Assembly: GCA_026129305.1 (NCBI GenBank)
Contig: JAHCII010000010.1
Location: 7,277-71,276, forward strand
Reading direction: 5' to 3'
From: Anaerolineales bacterium
GTDB lineage: Bacteria; Chloroflexota; Anaerolineae; Anaerolineales; UBA11579
DNA length: 64,000 nucleotides
Notes under the pieces: generated by a model
Databases searched by the model: none
The model's input: only the letters and a program-made list of their open reading frames with translations
Told to the model about the DNA's origin: nothing
Translations under genes and position numbers: made by a program
Part shown: piece after piece, positions 26,801-34,644 of the stretch
Layout: each line of letters begins with the position of its first letter
How positions within the stretch are numbered: the stretch's first letter is position 1

Positions 26801-27267
26801 GAGTTAACTTGAGCCAATATCGCAAAAAGGTGGAGCACTTCATCAAAACCCATCTGGAAGAGCCGCTGATTGCCAAAATCCGCCAGGCGCAACCTTTGTC
26901 ACAAATTGAATTGGACGCGCTTGAATTGTTTTTCTTCGAAGCGGGTGATGTAGGCTCAAAAGATGAGTTTTATCGAGCCTTTCCAAATCAGGAGTTAATC
27001 CCCTTTATCCGCAGCCTGGTTGGTCTCGACCGCCGGTCGGTACGCAAAGCTTTCGAAAAATTCCTGGATGATAAAGTCTACACAGCCAATCAAATTCAAT
27101 TCGTGCATTGGGTCATCGAACACCTAACGGAAAACGGCAGATTTGAACTTCAACTCCTGTATGACAGGCCGTACACCGACTTGCACGAATTGGGGTTGGA
27201 CGGCCTTTTCAACGAAGAGGCCGCTAACGAACTGGTTGAAGTCATTGCCCAGCTAAATCCTGCGTAA
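23893..27267 (+). CDS. hsdR: type I restriction enzyme R subunit with N-terminal DUF4145/HEPN-like domain
   Basis: 1124-aa ORF with a DUF4145-like N-terminus and a coiled coil. HsdR N-domain SEAQTRELIIDLL..GKVDYVLW..VEAKR. Helicase motifs MATGSGKT and VIVDEAHR. C-terminal EcoEI-R-like domain. Confidence 0.93.
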   Translation: MTNFVFLQAEWPKVHAEAQQAERYALSDPRAACLYARRALEQAVAWLYQHDWRFVDPYDDSLMTLITTPQFEQHVPAPVKAKAHILRKLTNKAVHGAPKVSSQQSLGALRELFHILYWLASSYTSDDPAGIPQKFDEALLPSPEKEAQSSRKELQQLTLKLQAQDEQLRQQQEAIQGYQLQMEELQTKYTANRETNSHIPIDHDYSEAQTRELIIDLLLREAGWDPTAKDAVEYPVVGMPNPDGRGKVDYVLWGPNGLPLALVEAKRTSKDARAGKQQAKLYADCLEQMHGQRPLIFYTNGYQIWLWDDQRYPERQVQGFYTQNQLELLIQRRETLKGLDTVGTNKDIAGRPYQEMAIRAVTAHLSQSFRKGLLVMATGSGKTRVAIALVDVLMRANWVKNVLFLADRQALVNQADTAFSKFAPSVVNLLKADDKLLEGQESRVVVSTYHTMMNLIDKMDAEGTRSLGPGHFDLVIVDEAHRSVYQKFGAIFAYFDGMLIGLTATPKEEIDRNTYRLFDLPDGVPTFSYDLEQAVNEGYLVPYRAFDVKLHFPQEGIVYDQLSDEEKLEWELLDWGEEHQVPQRVSPAAVNAWLFNRDTVDKALEILMRDGIHVAGGDRLGKTIIFAKNHQHALFIEERFNANYPHLAGKFARVIDTYDSYAHSLIDVFEEPDKPPHIAISVDMLDTGIDIPDVVNLVFFKAVHSKTKFWQMIGRGTRLREDLFGPGQDKTEFYVFDVCRNFEFFSLNPEGSRPSASEPLGQRLFKLRVELLGKYAEAAISKPKESTQFPKLAEALKDLLHGQVAAMNVSNFIVRPKRRWVDKFSNRERWGTLTQGDLSDLSLELAGLPAEIEEDPEEAKRFDSLMLQLQLAYLDSAPKFTTLRNAVIEVAEKLARVNVPHVQEHRSLLDALQVEETWSSLTADRLESIRLALRDLVPFLEHGSRQILYTDFGDKLAGVQEVPSQYGTAGVNLSQYRKKVEHFIKTHLEEPLIAKIRQAQPLSQIELDALELFFFEAGDVGSKDEFYRAFPNQELIPFIRSLVGLDRRSVRKAFEKFLDDKVYTANQIQFVHWVIEHLTENGRFELQLLYDRPYTDLHELGLDGLFNEEAANELVEVIAQLNPA

Positions 27268-27308
27268 GGGCGGTTTGCTTGTAGGGGCGGTTTGCAAACC
27301 GCCCCTAC
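27268..27308. repeat. REP half copy plus a perfect full REP
   Basis: GGGCGGTTTGC (27268-27278), then GTAGGGGCGGTTTGCAAACCGCCCCTAC (27281-27308), starting right after the hsdR TAA. Confidence 0.85.
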
Positions 27309-27583
27309 GCAGTCCCCCGCACCTCAAACCCTTCGAATTTCCCCGTCGCCTCGCCCCACTCCGCGGCCACATCGCTCACCGCCGAGCCCGGCGGCCCTTG
27401 GCGCACAGCAATCAGCAACTGTTCCAGAGCAGCGCGCGAGCTCCCTAATCCTGGAGAATCGTTACCCGACGTAGTCGGGTAGATTCTCCCGCGCTGGCTT
27501 ACGCCAGCGCAGCCGTCGCCCTGCACGTGGCCGGATATGTACATGTGGAGTTGTTCTGTGGACATAGCATTCTTAATATACAC
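27305..27583 (-). pseudogene. acylphosphatase-like relic (ends conserved, core degenerate)
   Basis: The N-terminus YISGHVQG and C-terminus GPPGSAVSDVAAEWGEATGKFEGFEVR fit acylphosphatase. The VGFR loop and central strand are missing. Their place is taken by two hairpins (27453-27489 and 27491-27510). The stop codon lies in the REP. Confidence 0.4.
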
Positions 27584-27596
27584 TCCAACCTATACA

Positions 27597-27625
27597 TTGA
27601 CAATATACTTAACCATCACTACAAT
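27597..27625 (+). promoter_or_regulatory. consensus sigma70 promoter of the toxin-antitoxin operon
   Basis: TTGACA, 17-nt spacer, TACAAT. Followed by a GTTAAC palindrome and a GGAGGA Shine-Dalgarno sequence. Confidence 0.6.
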
Positions 27626-27647
27626 AACAGTGTTAACTTGGAGGAAA

Positions 27648-27878
27648 ATGACCCTGGCGACAACTAATGTGACCGAAATACGCACAAAAACCACCGAAGT
27701 GCTGGACGAGCTTTCCCAGGTGGGCAAGATAATGATCCTGCGCCGCAGCAAAGTGGAAGGCTATCTGCTTTCGGCGGACGAATACGAGCAGCTGGTGGCT
27801 GCTTTTGAAGCCCTGCGCGATCTGCGCGCCGGGAAGACCCGCGATTATCGAGAGGTGGCAGAAGACTTGGGCTTTTAG
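27648..27878 (+). CDS. Phd/YefM-type antitoxin
   Basis: 76 aa from MTLATTNVTEIRTKTTEVLDEL..ILRRSKVEGYLLSADEYEQL. GGAGGA Shine-Dalgarno sequence. Lies 3 nt before the toxin gene. Confidence 0.75.
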   Translation: MTLATTNVTEIRTKTTEVLDELSQVGKIMILRRSKVEGYLLSADEYEQLVAAFEALRDLRAGKTRDYREVAEDLGF

Positions 27879-27881
27879 GGG

Positions 27882-28211
27882 ATGTACAAAGTCCATCTAA
27901 CCGCCCTGTCTGAAAAACAGATTCGGGCCATCGCCAAGGGTGACCGCAAATCTACCCAACGCATCTTTGATGCCTTCGCCTCGCTTGGACAGGAGCCACG
28001 TCCCGCTGGCATCAAGAGTTTGCTCCCAGGCTTCTACCGCCTCAGAGTAGGTGATTACCGTATCTTTTATCTAGTCGCCGACGATGTCGAAACAGTCGTG
28101 GTATCAGGCATTGAACGCCGCAACGAAGCTACTTACAAAAAGATTGCCTCCCACCGGCAGCAAGCAGAACAAGAAGCAAGCCAAATACGCAAGGGCGCAA
28201 AGAGAAAATAG
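27882..28211 (+). CDS. RelE/ParE-family toxin with basic C-terminal tail
   Basis: 109-aa ORF with the core YRLRVGDYRIFYLVADDVETVVVSGIERRNEATY, followed by a Gln/Lys-rich tail of about 25 aa. Confidence 0.8.
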   Translation: MYKVHLTALSEKQIRAIAKGDRKSTQRIFDAFASLGQEPRPAGIKSLLPGFYRLRVGDYRIFYLVADDVETVVVSGIERRNEATYKKIASHRQQAEQEASQIRKGAKRK

Positions 28212-28257
28212 CGGAGCGCTTCACTTTTCCAATACACCTACTAGTAAGCTCGATTGC

Positions 28258-28284
28258 GCAGGGGCGGGGCAACCCCGCCCCTAC
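28258..28284. repeat. REP-like palindrome (GC-core variant)
   Basis: GCAGGGGCGGGGCAACCCCGCCCCTAC, 47 nt after the toxin stop. Confidence 0.7.
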
Positions 28285-28593
28285 CTATCGAGCGGTTGAC
28301 AACTCTCGTGAATCAACCATCCATACCCAAGCCTATGCTTTAATGCGGCCTGTATTGGGCCACGGGGATTCTTGTCAAGTTTAAGTTGTATTAAAAGCCC
28401 CGCGCCCGGAAGGATTAATATATCTTTTGTCCTCAACGCCTTGACGCTTGCTTATTGGGGGAAATGACTTCATTTGTCAAATGTAATATGCACCAAAGGC
28501 TCGCCCCGCCAATATTATTATTACATGTTGGCGGGAAAGAAAATCAAAAACTTTGAGTATTTCGCGTTCTTTGTGCCTTTGTGGTTATCCGGG

Positions 28594-29841
28594 CTATTTG
28601 CGCCCACTCAGCCGCAGCACCAGGAACAGCGCCAGCGCCGCCCCGGCCGAGGCCAGGATCGTTTGCCAGGGGACAGCCGCCAGCCAGGCTTGCGCGCCTT
28701 GCGGCCGGGTGGCGAAGCGGGCGGTTTGCCATGCGGCCTGCAAGCCGTTCAAGTCGGTCCCAAAGTCCTGTTGCGGGGCGCCCAGGCACTCCCCGTCGTG
28801 CAAATAGGCGTCCACCAGCAGGCGGAAGCCGGTCTGGCCGTAGGTCTCCACCAGGTAGCGCACAAAGTCGCCCGCCTGGGCATAGGCCAGCCGGGCGCTG
28901 GCCGCGTCCTGTGGGAAGCTGGCGCACAGCGCCGCCAGCGGCAGCAGATCGCCCTGCCCGGCCGCCGCGGCCAGCAGCGCCGCCGCTTCCGGGTCGGAAT
29001 ACAGTTCGGCCTGCGCCGCAATGCCCTCATTCAGCCAGACCGGCAAGCGAGCATACGGCTCCGGCCCCAGGGTCTGGTACAGCATCAGGTGCGCCACCTC
29101 ATGAGGCACCTGGCGCTGCACCTCCAGGCTTTGGTTGGGGCCGGGCGGCAGGGCCAGCAAAAGCAGCCCGGCCGCCGGGTCCGTGTGGCCGGCCTGCCAG
29201 GTGATCCCAGAACGCCCGGCGATCAGCTGCACATCGGCGGCCTCCTCATACACGCGCAGCGTGGCCGCCGCCAGCTGCGCGCCGGGCAGCAGCGCCTGGG
29301 TGCGCAGCACGCCCTGGCGGGCCGCCGCCAGGATCGAGGCCGCATAGCCCGCGTCGCCGGCATACCAGTGCAGCGTGAACGGCCCGTCTTGGTAGCTGTT
29401 CCAGGCGTAGCGATTGTCGTCATAAAAGAATGAATAGACCTGGCTCTCGTGAACCAGGCCGCGCAGATCGGCGAAGCGGAACCAATAGCGGACTTCAGTA
29501 AAGGGCGGCGGCTGGTTGGCCGCCTCCAGGGGCACGTTAACATCCAAAAGACGGTTCTCGCTCAGCTCGCCTTCATACACCCAGTGCCGCCCACTGCCCT
29601 CCCACTCATAGAAGACAAAGGCGTTCATGATGCGCACATTGACGGCAAACTCGGCTTGGAAATGCAGCCAATCGTTGAACAGATAGCTGTGCGTTTGCTC
29701 CAGCACCTGCACCCCCTGCTGGGTCGCTGCGGCGGCCGCCGCAGCCGGTGAAACGGCCAGCCGCGCCAAGCCCGGCACAGCCAGGCAGCCCAGCGCCGCC
29801 GCGCACAACCCGGCCCGGCTAATCCAGCTCGGGGTCGTCAT
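28594..29841 (-). CDS. secreted/anchored peptidase, MA (gluzincin) family
   Basis: 415-aa ORF with a signal peptide, HEVAHLMLYQ plus WLNEGIA, and a C-terminal TM segment. Confidence 0.75.
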   Translation of the reverse strand: MTTPSWISRAGLCAAALGCLAVPGLARLAVSPAAAAAAATQQGVQVLEQTHSYLFNDWLHFQAEFAVNVRIMNAFVFYEWEGSGRHWVYEGELSENRLLDVNVPLEAANQPPPFTEVRYWFRFADLRGLVHESQVYSFFYDDNRYAWNSYQDGPFTLHWYAGDAGYAASILAAARQGVLRTQALLPGAQLAAATLRVYEEAADVQLIAGRSGITWQAGHTDPAAGLLLLALPPGPNQSLEVQRQVPHEVAHLMLYQTLGPEPYARLPVWLNEGIAAQAELYSDPEAAALLAAAAGQGDLLPLAALCASFPQDAASARLAYAQAGDFVRYLVETYGQTGFRLLVDAYLHDGECLGAPQQDFGTDLNGLQAAWQTARFATRPQGAQAWLAAVPWQTILASAGAALALFLVLRLSGRK

Positions 29842-30853
29842 CCTCGTCGATGGGCAGGTCGGGGCGCATCAGGTCTTCCAGGTCATCCGGCGAAAAGTCC
29901 AAAATAGGCATCTCGGACATTTCATGGGTGAAGGCCAGGTTTTCCAGCGCGTCTTCCAGCAGCTCGATCTCTTCTTCGTCCTCGCTGCGTTCGAGCAGCT
30001 CTTCCAGCGCCTCTTCCACACCCTCGCCGCCGATCTGTGAAAGCGACCAGGCCGCCGTCAGGCGCAGCTCGGCGTCCTCGTCCTGCAGCAGGTCGATCAG
30101 GGCCGGCAAAGCCTCGCCGATCTCCAGCTCACCCGCCGCTCGGGCCGCCTCGCGACTCAGTTCGGCGTTGTGGTCCTTCAAGCGGTCCAGCACCGGGCGC
30201 GTCCAGCGGTCATCGGCAGAGCGGCCCATCGCATACAGGGCGCTGCTGGCCCAGTCATCGTCGTCGCGCTCATAGGCTTGCTCGATCAGGTCAGGCACTT
30301 CGGGGCGGCTGGAATAACCCAGGGCTTCCAGGGCGCGGCGCTGCACCAGTTCATCGGGGTCATCCTCGTAGGCGCGCAGCAGGGCTTGCTCCGCTTGCTG
30401 CAGGTCTGCCGGGCGGATCGACTGCAGCTCGCCCCACAGCACATACTGGCCCAGGCCGGCCGCCGCCTGAGCGCGCACTTCACCCACCGGGTCATCTTGC
30501 ACCAGGCGCAGCAGCCGCTCCAGGAACGCCGGCTGCTCGGAGGTCCACAAAGCGCGCACGGCGGTCACGCGCACCCGCGGCTCTTCGTCGTCCAGGGCGA
30601 TCAGGTTGACCGCGTCGAACGACAAGATCACGTTGCCCTCGGCCAAAGCCTCCAGGTCCTCCAGCACACCCAGCCGGCGGGTGGTGGACAAGCCGGGCCA
30701 CACGGCGCGCAGCGCCCCGGCTTCCACCTCGTCCAGGTTGGAGAGGCCATACAGCAGGCGCGCTGGCATGGGCTGCGCCTCGTCGCGCAGCGCGCTCAGC
30801 ACCTCATCAAACGAAATATCTTGCGGCGTGGGGGTCAGTTCGTCTTCCATCAT
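29819..30853 (-). CDS. HEAT-repeat (PBS-lyase-like) protein with acidic tail
   Basis: 344-aa ORF with repeated ..VR..A..ALG.. units (VRVTAVRALW, EVRAQAAAGLG, LVQRRALEALG, AELRLTAAWSLSQIG) and a DE-rich C-terminus. Confidence 0.75.
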   Translation of the reverse strand: MMEDELTPTPQDISFDEVLSALRDEAQPMPARLLYGLSNLDEVEAGALRAVWPGLSTTRRLGVLEDLEALAEGNVILSFDAVNLIALDDEEPRVRVTAVRALWTSEQPAFLERLLRLVQDDPVGEVRAQAAAGLGQYVLWGELQSIRPADLQQAEQALLRAYEDDPDELVQRRALEALGYSSRPEVPDLIEQAYERDDDDWASSALYAMGRSADDRWTRPVLDRLKDHNAELSREAARAAGELEIGEALPALIDLLQDEDAELRLTAAWSLSQIGGEGVEEALEELLERSEDEEEIELLEDALENLAFTHEMSEMPILDFSPDDLEDLMRPDLPIDEDDDPELD

Positions 30854-31905
30854 GGCAGCACGATCGGGTTGAGGAAATCTTGAACATTGATATAGATCAA
30901 CAGCATCAGCAGCAAGGCGAAACCGACGAAGTTGACCGTGTTCTCGTAAACCGCGGGCACCCGGCGGCGGAAAAGCAGTTCCGGCAAGGTGAACAAGATC
31001 CGGCCGCCATCCAGCGCCGGCAAGGGCAGCAGGTTGAGGATGCCCAGCGAAATCGAGATGGAGGCGAAGAAAGACATGGTGTTCACACCGGCGGGCGTGG
31101 AGCTCTGCGGGGCCGTGTCGGCGGCCCGCACCGCAGTGAAAATGTCGTACATACCCTTGTAGCCGATCAGGCGGCCTTCGTCCTCATTGGCCGTGCCGCT
31201 CAGCAGGCGGCCCGGCAGGCGCAGCAGGTTATCGGCCTGCTGGCGCACCATCTGCACGCCCAGGCTCAGCGCCTGTGCAGGGTTGGCCGCCACGCTGGGG
31301 TTGCCCATCGCAATCCCAATCGCGCCATCCGGCGGGGGCGGGTCGCGCGGCACCAGATGCAGCTGGTGTTCCTCGCCGGCGCGCCCAATCGTCAGTTCGA
31401 TCGGCTCGCCCAGGCTGGCATAGATCAGTTCTTGCAGCCTCTGGCTGCTGGTCACCGGCTGGTCGTCCACGCGCAGCAACACATCCCCCACCTGCAAGCC
31501 GGCCGCCTGGGCCGGCGAATCGGGCGAGATGCTCATCACCTCCACCCGGCTCAGGTCCGGCGCCCCGATCTGCATAAAGATGATGAAGTACAGAACCACC
31601 GCCGCCAACAGGTTCATCGCCGGGCCGGCCAACAGCACAAAAATGCGCTTGAGCGGCGGGGCGGCAGACAGGCCGCCGGGCACATCCGGGTCATTTTCGC
31701 CCTCGGGCAGAACAAACCCACCCAAAGGCAGCGCATTCAGTGTGAAATCGGTTTCGCCCCACTTGAAGAGGGTCATGACGCGCGGCGGGAGGCCGATCCC
31801 AAATTCCTTGACCTTAATGCCGCTGAATTTGGCGGCGAAAAAATGCCCCAACTCATGCAATACGATCAGGGATACCAGGGCAACCACAAAAAGAATTAAC
31901 GTCAT
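30850..31905 (-). CDS. rseP: site-2 protease, M50 family (RseP-like) with PDZ domain
   Basis: HELGHFFAAK motif, a PDZ segment and a C-terminal LPLPALDGG. Start set at MTLILFVV, which has a GGAGAA Shine-Dalgarno sequence. A TATAAT lies further upstream. Confidence 0.9.
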   Translation of the reverse strand: MTLILFVVALVSLIVLHELGHFFAAKFSGIKVKEFGIGLPPRVMTLFKWGETDFTLNALPLGGFVLPEGENDPDVPGGLSAAPPLKRIFVLLAGPAMNLLAAVVLYFIIFMQIGAPDLSRVEVMSISPDSPAQAAGLQVGDVLLRVDDQPVTSSQRLQELIYASLGEPIELTIGRAGEEHQLHLVPRDPPPPDGAIGIAMGNPSVAANPAQALSLGVQMVRQQADNLLRLPGRLLSGTANEDEGRLIGYKGMYDIFTAVRAADTAPQSSTPAGVNTMSFFASISISLGILNLLPLPALDGGRILFTLPELLFRRRVPAVYENTVNFVGFALLLMLLIYINVQDFLNPIVLP

Positions 31906-31984
31906 GATCCGTTCTCCAAAGTCCAATCCCGGAAATTATATCGTTGCCGCCGGCGAAAGCGCCGGCAGCAAACTAAGCTGGGAA

Positions 31985-32955
31985 TTAGGAAGCCGGCAGG
32001 AGCTGTGCCGGGCCGCCGGCGCCGGCCCGTAGCACACGCAGCACGCCAGGCACCTGCTGCAGCGCGGCGCTTAGCGCGTCTGCCTCGCTGGCCGGGCAGA
32101 GCACATGCACATTCGGCCCGGCATCCAACGTATAGAAAGCCGGGGTGCCGGCTGCGCGCCAGGCGCGCACCGCTTCCATCACCTCCAGGCTGGCGGGCAG
32201 CCAGTAGTGCAGGCCGGGCTGCGAGGTCATCATCACCGCGTGCATCAGGTGGCAGTCCAACTCGGCCACTTCTGCCAGGGCCTCGAAGTCCCGCTTCCGG
32301 ATCGCAGTCCGGCACTGTTCCAGGCGCTGCGCGGCGCCGGCCAGGCGGCTAGCCTGCAGCGCGGAGCTGCCAGCCAGCGCATGTCCGGCGGTGGACCCGG
32401 TGGCCTTGTGGGCTTCGCTGATCACGGCAATGCAGTCCACCAGGTCCCAGTGCGCCGCTGGGGCAATACTGCTGGCATAGCTTTCAGCGTCGCTGCCCGG
32501 CCGCCATTCCACAAAACCGCCCGGCACCGAGCGGCTGGCAGAGCCAGAGCCGCGCCGGGCCAGGCGCGAGAGCGAAGCTTCGTCCAGCTGCAGGCCGGCG
32601 GCTGCGCTGGCCGCCAGGACGCAGCAAAGGCCGAGGAGGACGAAGCAATCCCAGCCCCGCTGGGGAAATTGTTGCGGCTCTCCACGCGGGCCGGGCTGGC
32701 GATGCCGGCCTGCCCGCGCACCAGGTCCAGGAAAGCCGTCACGCGCTGGGTCTGCTCAGGGCTGGCGGTTTTGCCGTCCAGCAGCAACTTATCTCCAGCC
32801 AGGCTGCTGGTGAACTCCACCGAAGTATGGGAATGCAAACCATCCAGGTTCATGGAGATCGAGCCATTCGAGGGCAGGCGCAATACCTGGTCCTGGTTGC
32901 CCCAGTATTTGATGAAGGCAATGTTGGGGTGTGCGACAGCCGTTGCCAGGGTCAT
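31985..32955 (-). pseudogene. mvaD: diphospho-/phosphomevalonate decarboxylase homologue with a 1-nt frameshift
   Basis: Two track ORFs carry the N-half (AHPNIAFIKYWGN.., NNFPSGAGIASSSSAFAA) and the C-half (..RGSGSASRSVPGGFVEW..). The frames join if one base is added at about 32620-32622. The total of 971 nt is 3n-1. Confidence 0.8.
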
Positions 32956-34583
32956 AAGGTCATCGCCAATCCATCGGCGCGCGGGTCGCTGCCGCCCCAC
33001 AGCACACCAGTCTCCCGTTCCCGCAAGATCACCTGCCCGCGGCCAAACAAGGCCCGCGGCAGTCCATCCACAGCTTTCAGCGGGTGCCCCATGGCAGCCA
33101 GCTGGGCTTGGGTACTTTCGGGCAGCCCATGCTCCACGGCCAGCTCCAGCGCGGCGCTGCCGTCTTCAATACAAAAGCGCGGCCGGTCCAGAGCCGCCTG
33201 TGGGTCCAGCCCATCGTCGATCAGCCCCACCGCCACCTGCATGTGGCCCTGCGGCTGCATATACCCGCCCATCACGCCATAGCTGGCAAACAGATCGCCG
33301 CTATCGGCGTGTGTGATCATGGCCGGGATGATGGTGTGGTACGGGCGTTTGCCCGGGGCCAGTGCATTGGGGTGCGCCGGGTCCAGGCTGAAACCGTAGC
33401 CGCGGTTCTGCAAGGTGAAGCCCCAGCCCTTGGGCACCATGCCGGTGCCGAAGCCGTGATAATTGCTGTTGATGAACGAGCAGGCGTTGCCTTCGCCGTC
33501 CACCACGCTGAAATACACGGTGTCACTGCCCGCCGTGGGGCGGCCGCGGGCCACATCGGCCACCGCCCGCCCCGGGTCGATCAGGGCGCGGCGCTGGGCG
33601 GCATAGTCTTTGGAGAGCAGCGCCTCCAGCGGAGCCGGGTTCATGGCCGGGTCGGCCACGAACCAACGCGTGTCGGCAAAGGCCAGGCGCATGGCCTCGA
33701 CCATCAGGTGCCAGCGCTCTGGCCCTAGCGGGTCCAGGCTGGCCAAATCAAAGTCTTCCAAGATATTCAAGGCCAGCAAAGCGGCCAGTCCCTGCCCGTT
33801 GGGCGGGCATTCCCACACGCGCAGGCCGTGGTAGTCGGCGAAGATCGGTTCATCCCAGCTGCTCTGATGGGCGGCCAGATCGGCGGCGCTCATCGCCCCA
33901 CCCGCCTCGGCCAGCACAGCCACAATCGCCTCGGCGATCTCGCCCTGGTAGAAAGCTTCAGCACCGCCTTCGGCTAGGCGGCGCAGGGTGCGCGCCAGGC
34001 CGGGGTTGCGGAAGATCTCGCCCGGCCGCGGGGCACGGCCTTCGATGGTCAATTCGTGCCCGTTGGACGCGCGGCTGAGCTGATTTTGCGCCCCGCGCGC
34101 CCAGAAGTAGCTGGTGACCGGAGCCACCGGGAAACCCGCCTCAGCCAGTTCAATAGCCGGGGCCAGCACTTGCCCGAGTGGCAGGCGACCAAAGCGCGCC
34201 ACAGTGTCGCACCAGCCCGCCGCCGCGCCTGGCACCGTGACCGTGTGAGCATGGTACAGGGGCAGTTCAGTCAAACCCTGCTGGTTGAGCAGATCAAGGC
34301 TAAGCGCGGCCGGCGCCCGGCCGGAGCCATTCAGCGCATGCACCTGCCGCGTGGCCGCTTCGTAATAGAGGGCAAAGCAATCGCCGCCGATGCCGGTGCT
34401 GGTCGGCTCAGTGACGTTGAGTGCCGCGGCGGTGGCTACTGCTGCATCGGCGGCGCTGCCACCGGCGCGCAGCACGGTCAAGCCGGCGGCGGTGGCCAGC
34501 GGTTGGCTGCTGGCCAGCATACCGCCGCGGCCCACGACCGGCGAACGGCGCGAAACGAAATCAGGGATCGGTAGGAAATTCAC
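32952..34583 (-). CDS. ggt: gamma-glutamyltransferase family protein, no signal peptide
   Basis: 543-aa ORF with a GTG start. GGSAADAAVATAAALNVTEPTSTGIGGDCF. Nucleophile region SDTVYFSVVD. The stop overlaps the mvaD start (ATGA). Confidence 0.92.
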   Translation of the reverse strand: MNFLPIPDFVSRRSPVVGRGGMLASSQPLATAAGLTVLRAGGSAADAAVATAAALNVTEPTSTGIGGDCFALYYEAATRQVHALNGSGRAPAALSLDLLNQQGLTELPLYHAHTVTVPGAAAGWCDTVARFGRLPLGQVLAPAIELAEAGFPVAPVTSYFWARGAQNQLSRASNGHELTIEGRAPRPGEIFRNPGLARTLRRLAEGGAEAFYQGEIAEAIVAVLAEAGGAMSAADLAAHQSSWDEPIFADYHGLRVWECPPNGQGLAALLALNILEDFDLASLDPLGPERWHLMVEAMRLAFADTRWFVADPAMNPAPLEALLSKDYAAQRRALIDPGRAVADVARGRPTAGSDTVYFSVVDGEGNACSFINSNYHGFGTGMVPKGWGFTLQNRGYGFSLDPAHPNALAPGKRPYHTIIPAMITHADSGDLFASYGVMGGYMQPQGHMQVAVGLIDDGLDPQAALDRPRFCIEDGSAALELAVEHGLPESTQAQLAAMGHPLKAVDGLPRALFGRGQVILRERETGVLWGGSDPRADGLAMTL

Positions 34584-34644
34584 AGGTTCTCAGATAAATA
34601 GCTCAATAAGATAAAGACATTCTACCTAAGAACCCAGAGTTGGC

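Noticed and set aside
28285-28593. AT-rich 300-bp spacer after the last REP, inspected for a tRNA, an attachment site, a small RNA or a short gene; also the 319-aa ORF 28474-29433(+) that starts in it
   Set aside because: No cloverleaf, no direct repeat matching the other island border and no credible ORF were found; only a 13-codon ORF is present. The 319-aa ORF is antisense to the MA-peptidase gene. It is kept only as part of the island description.
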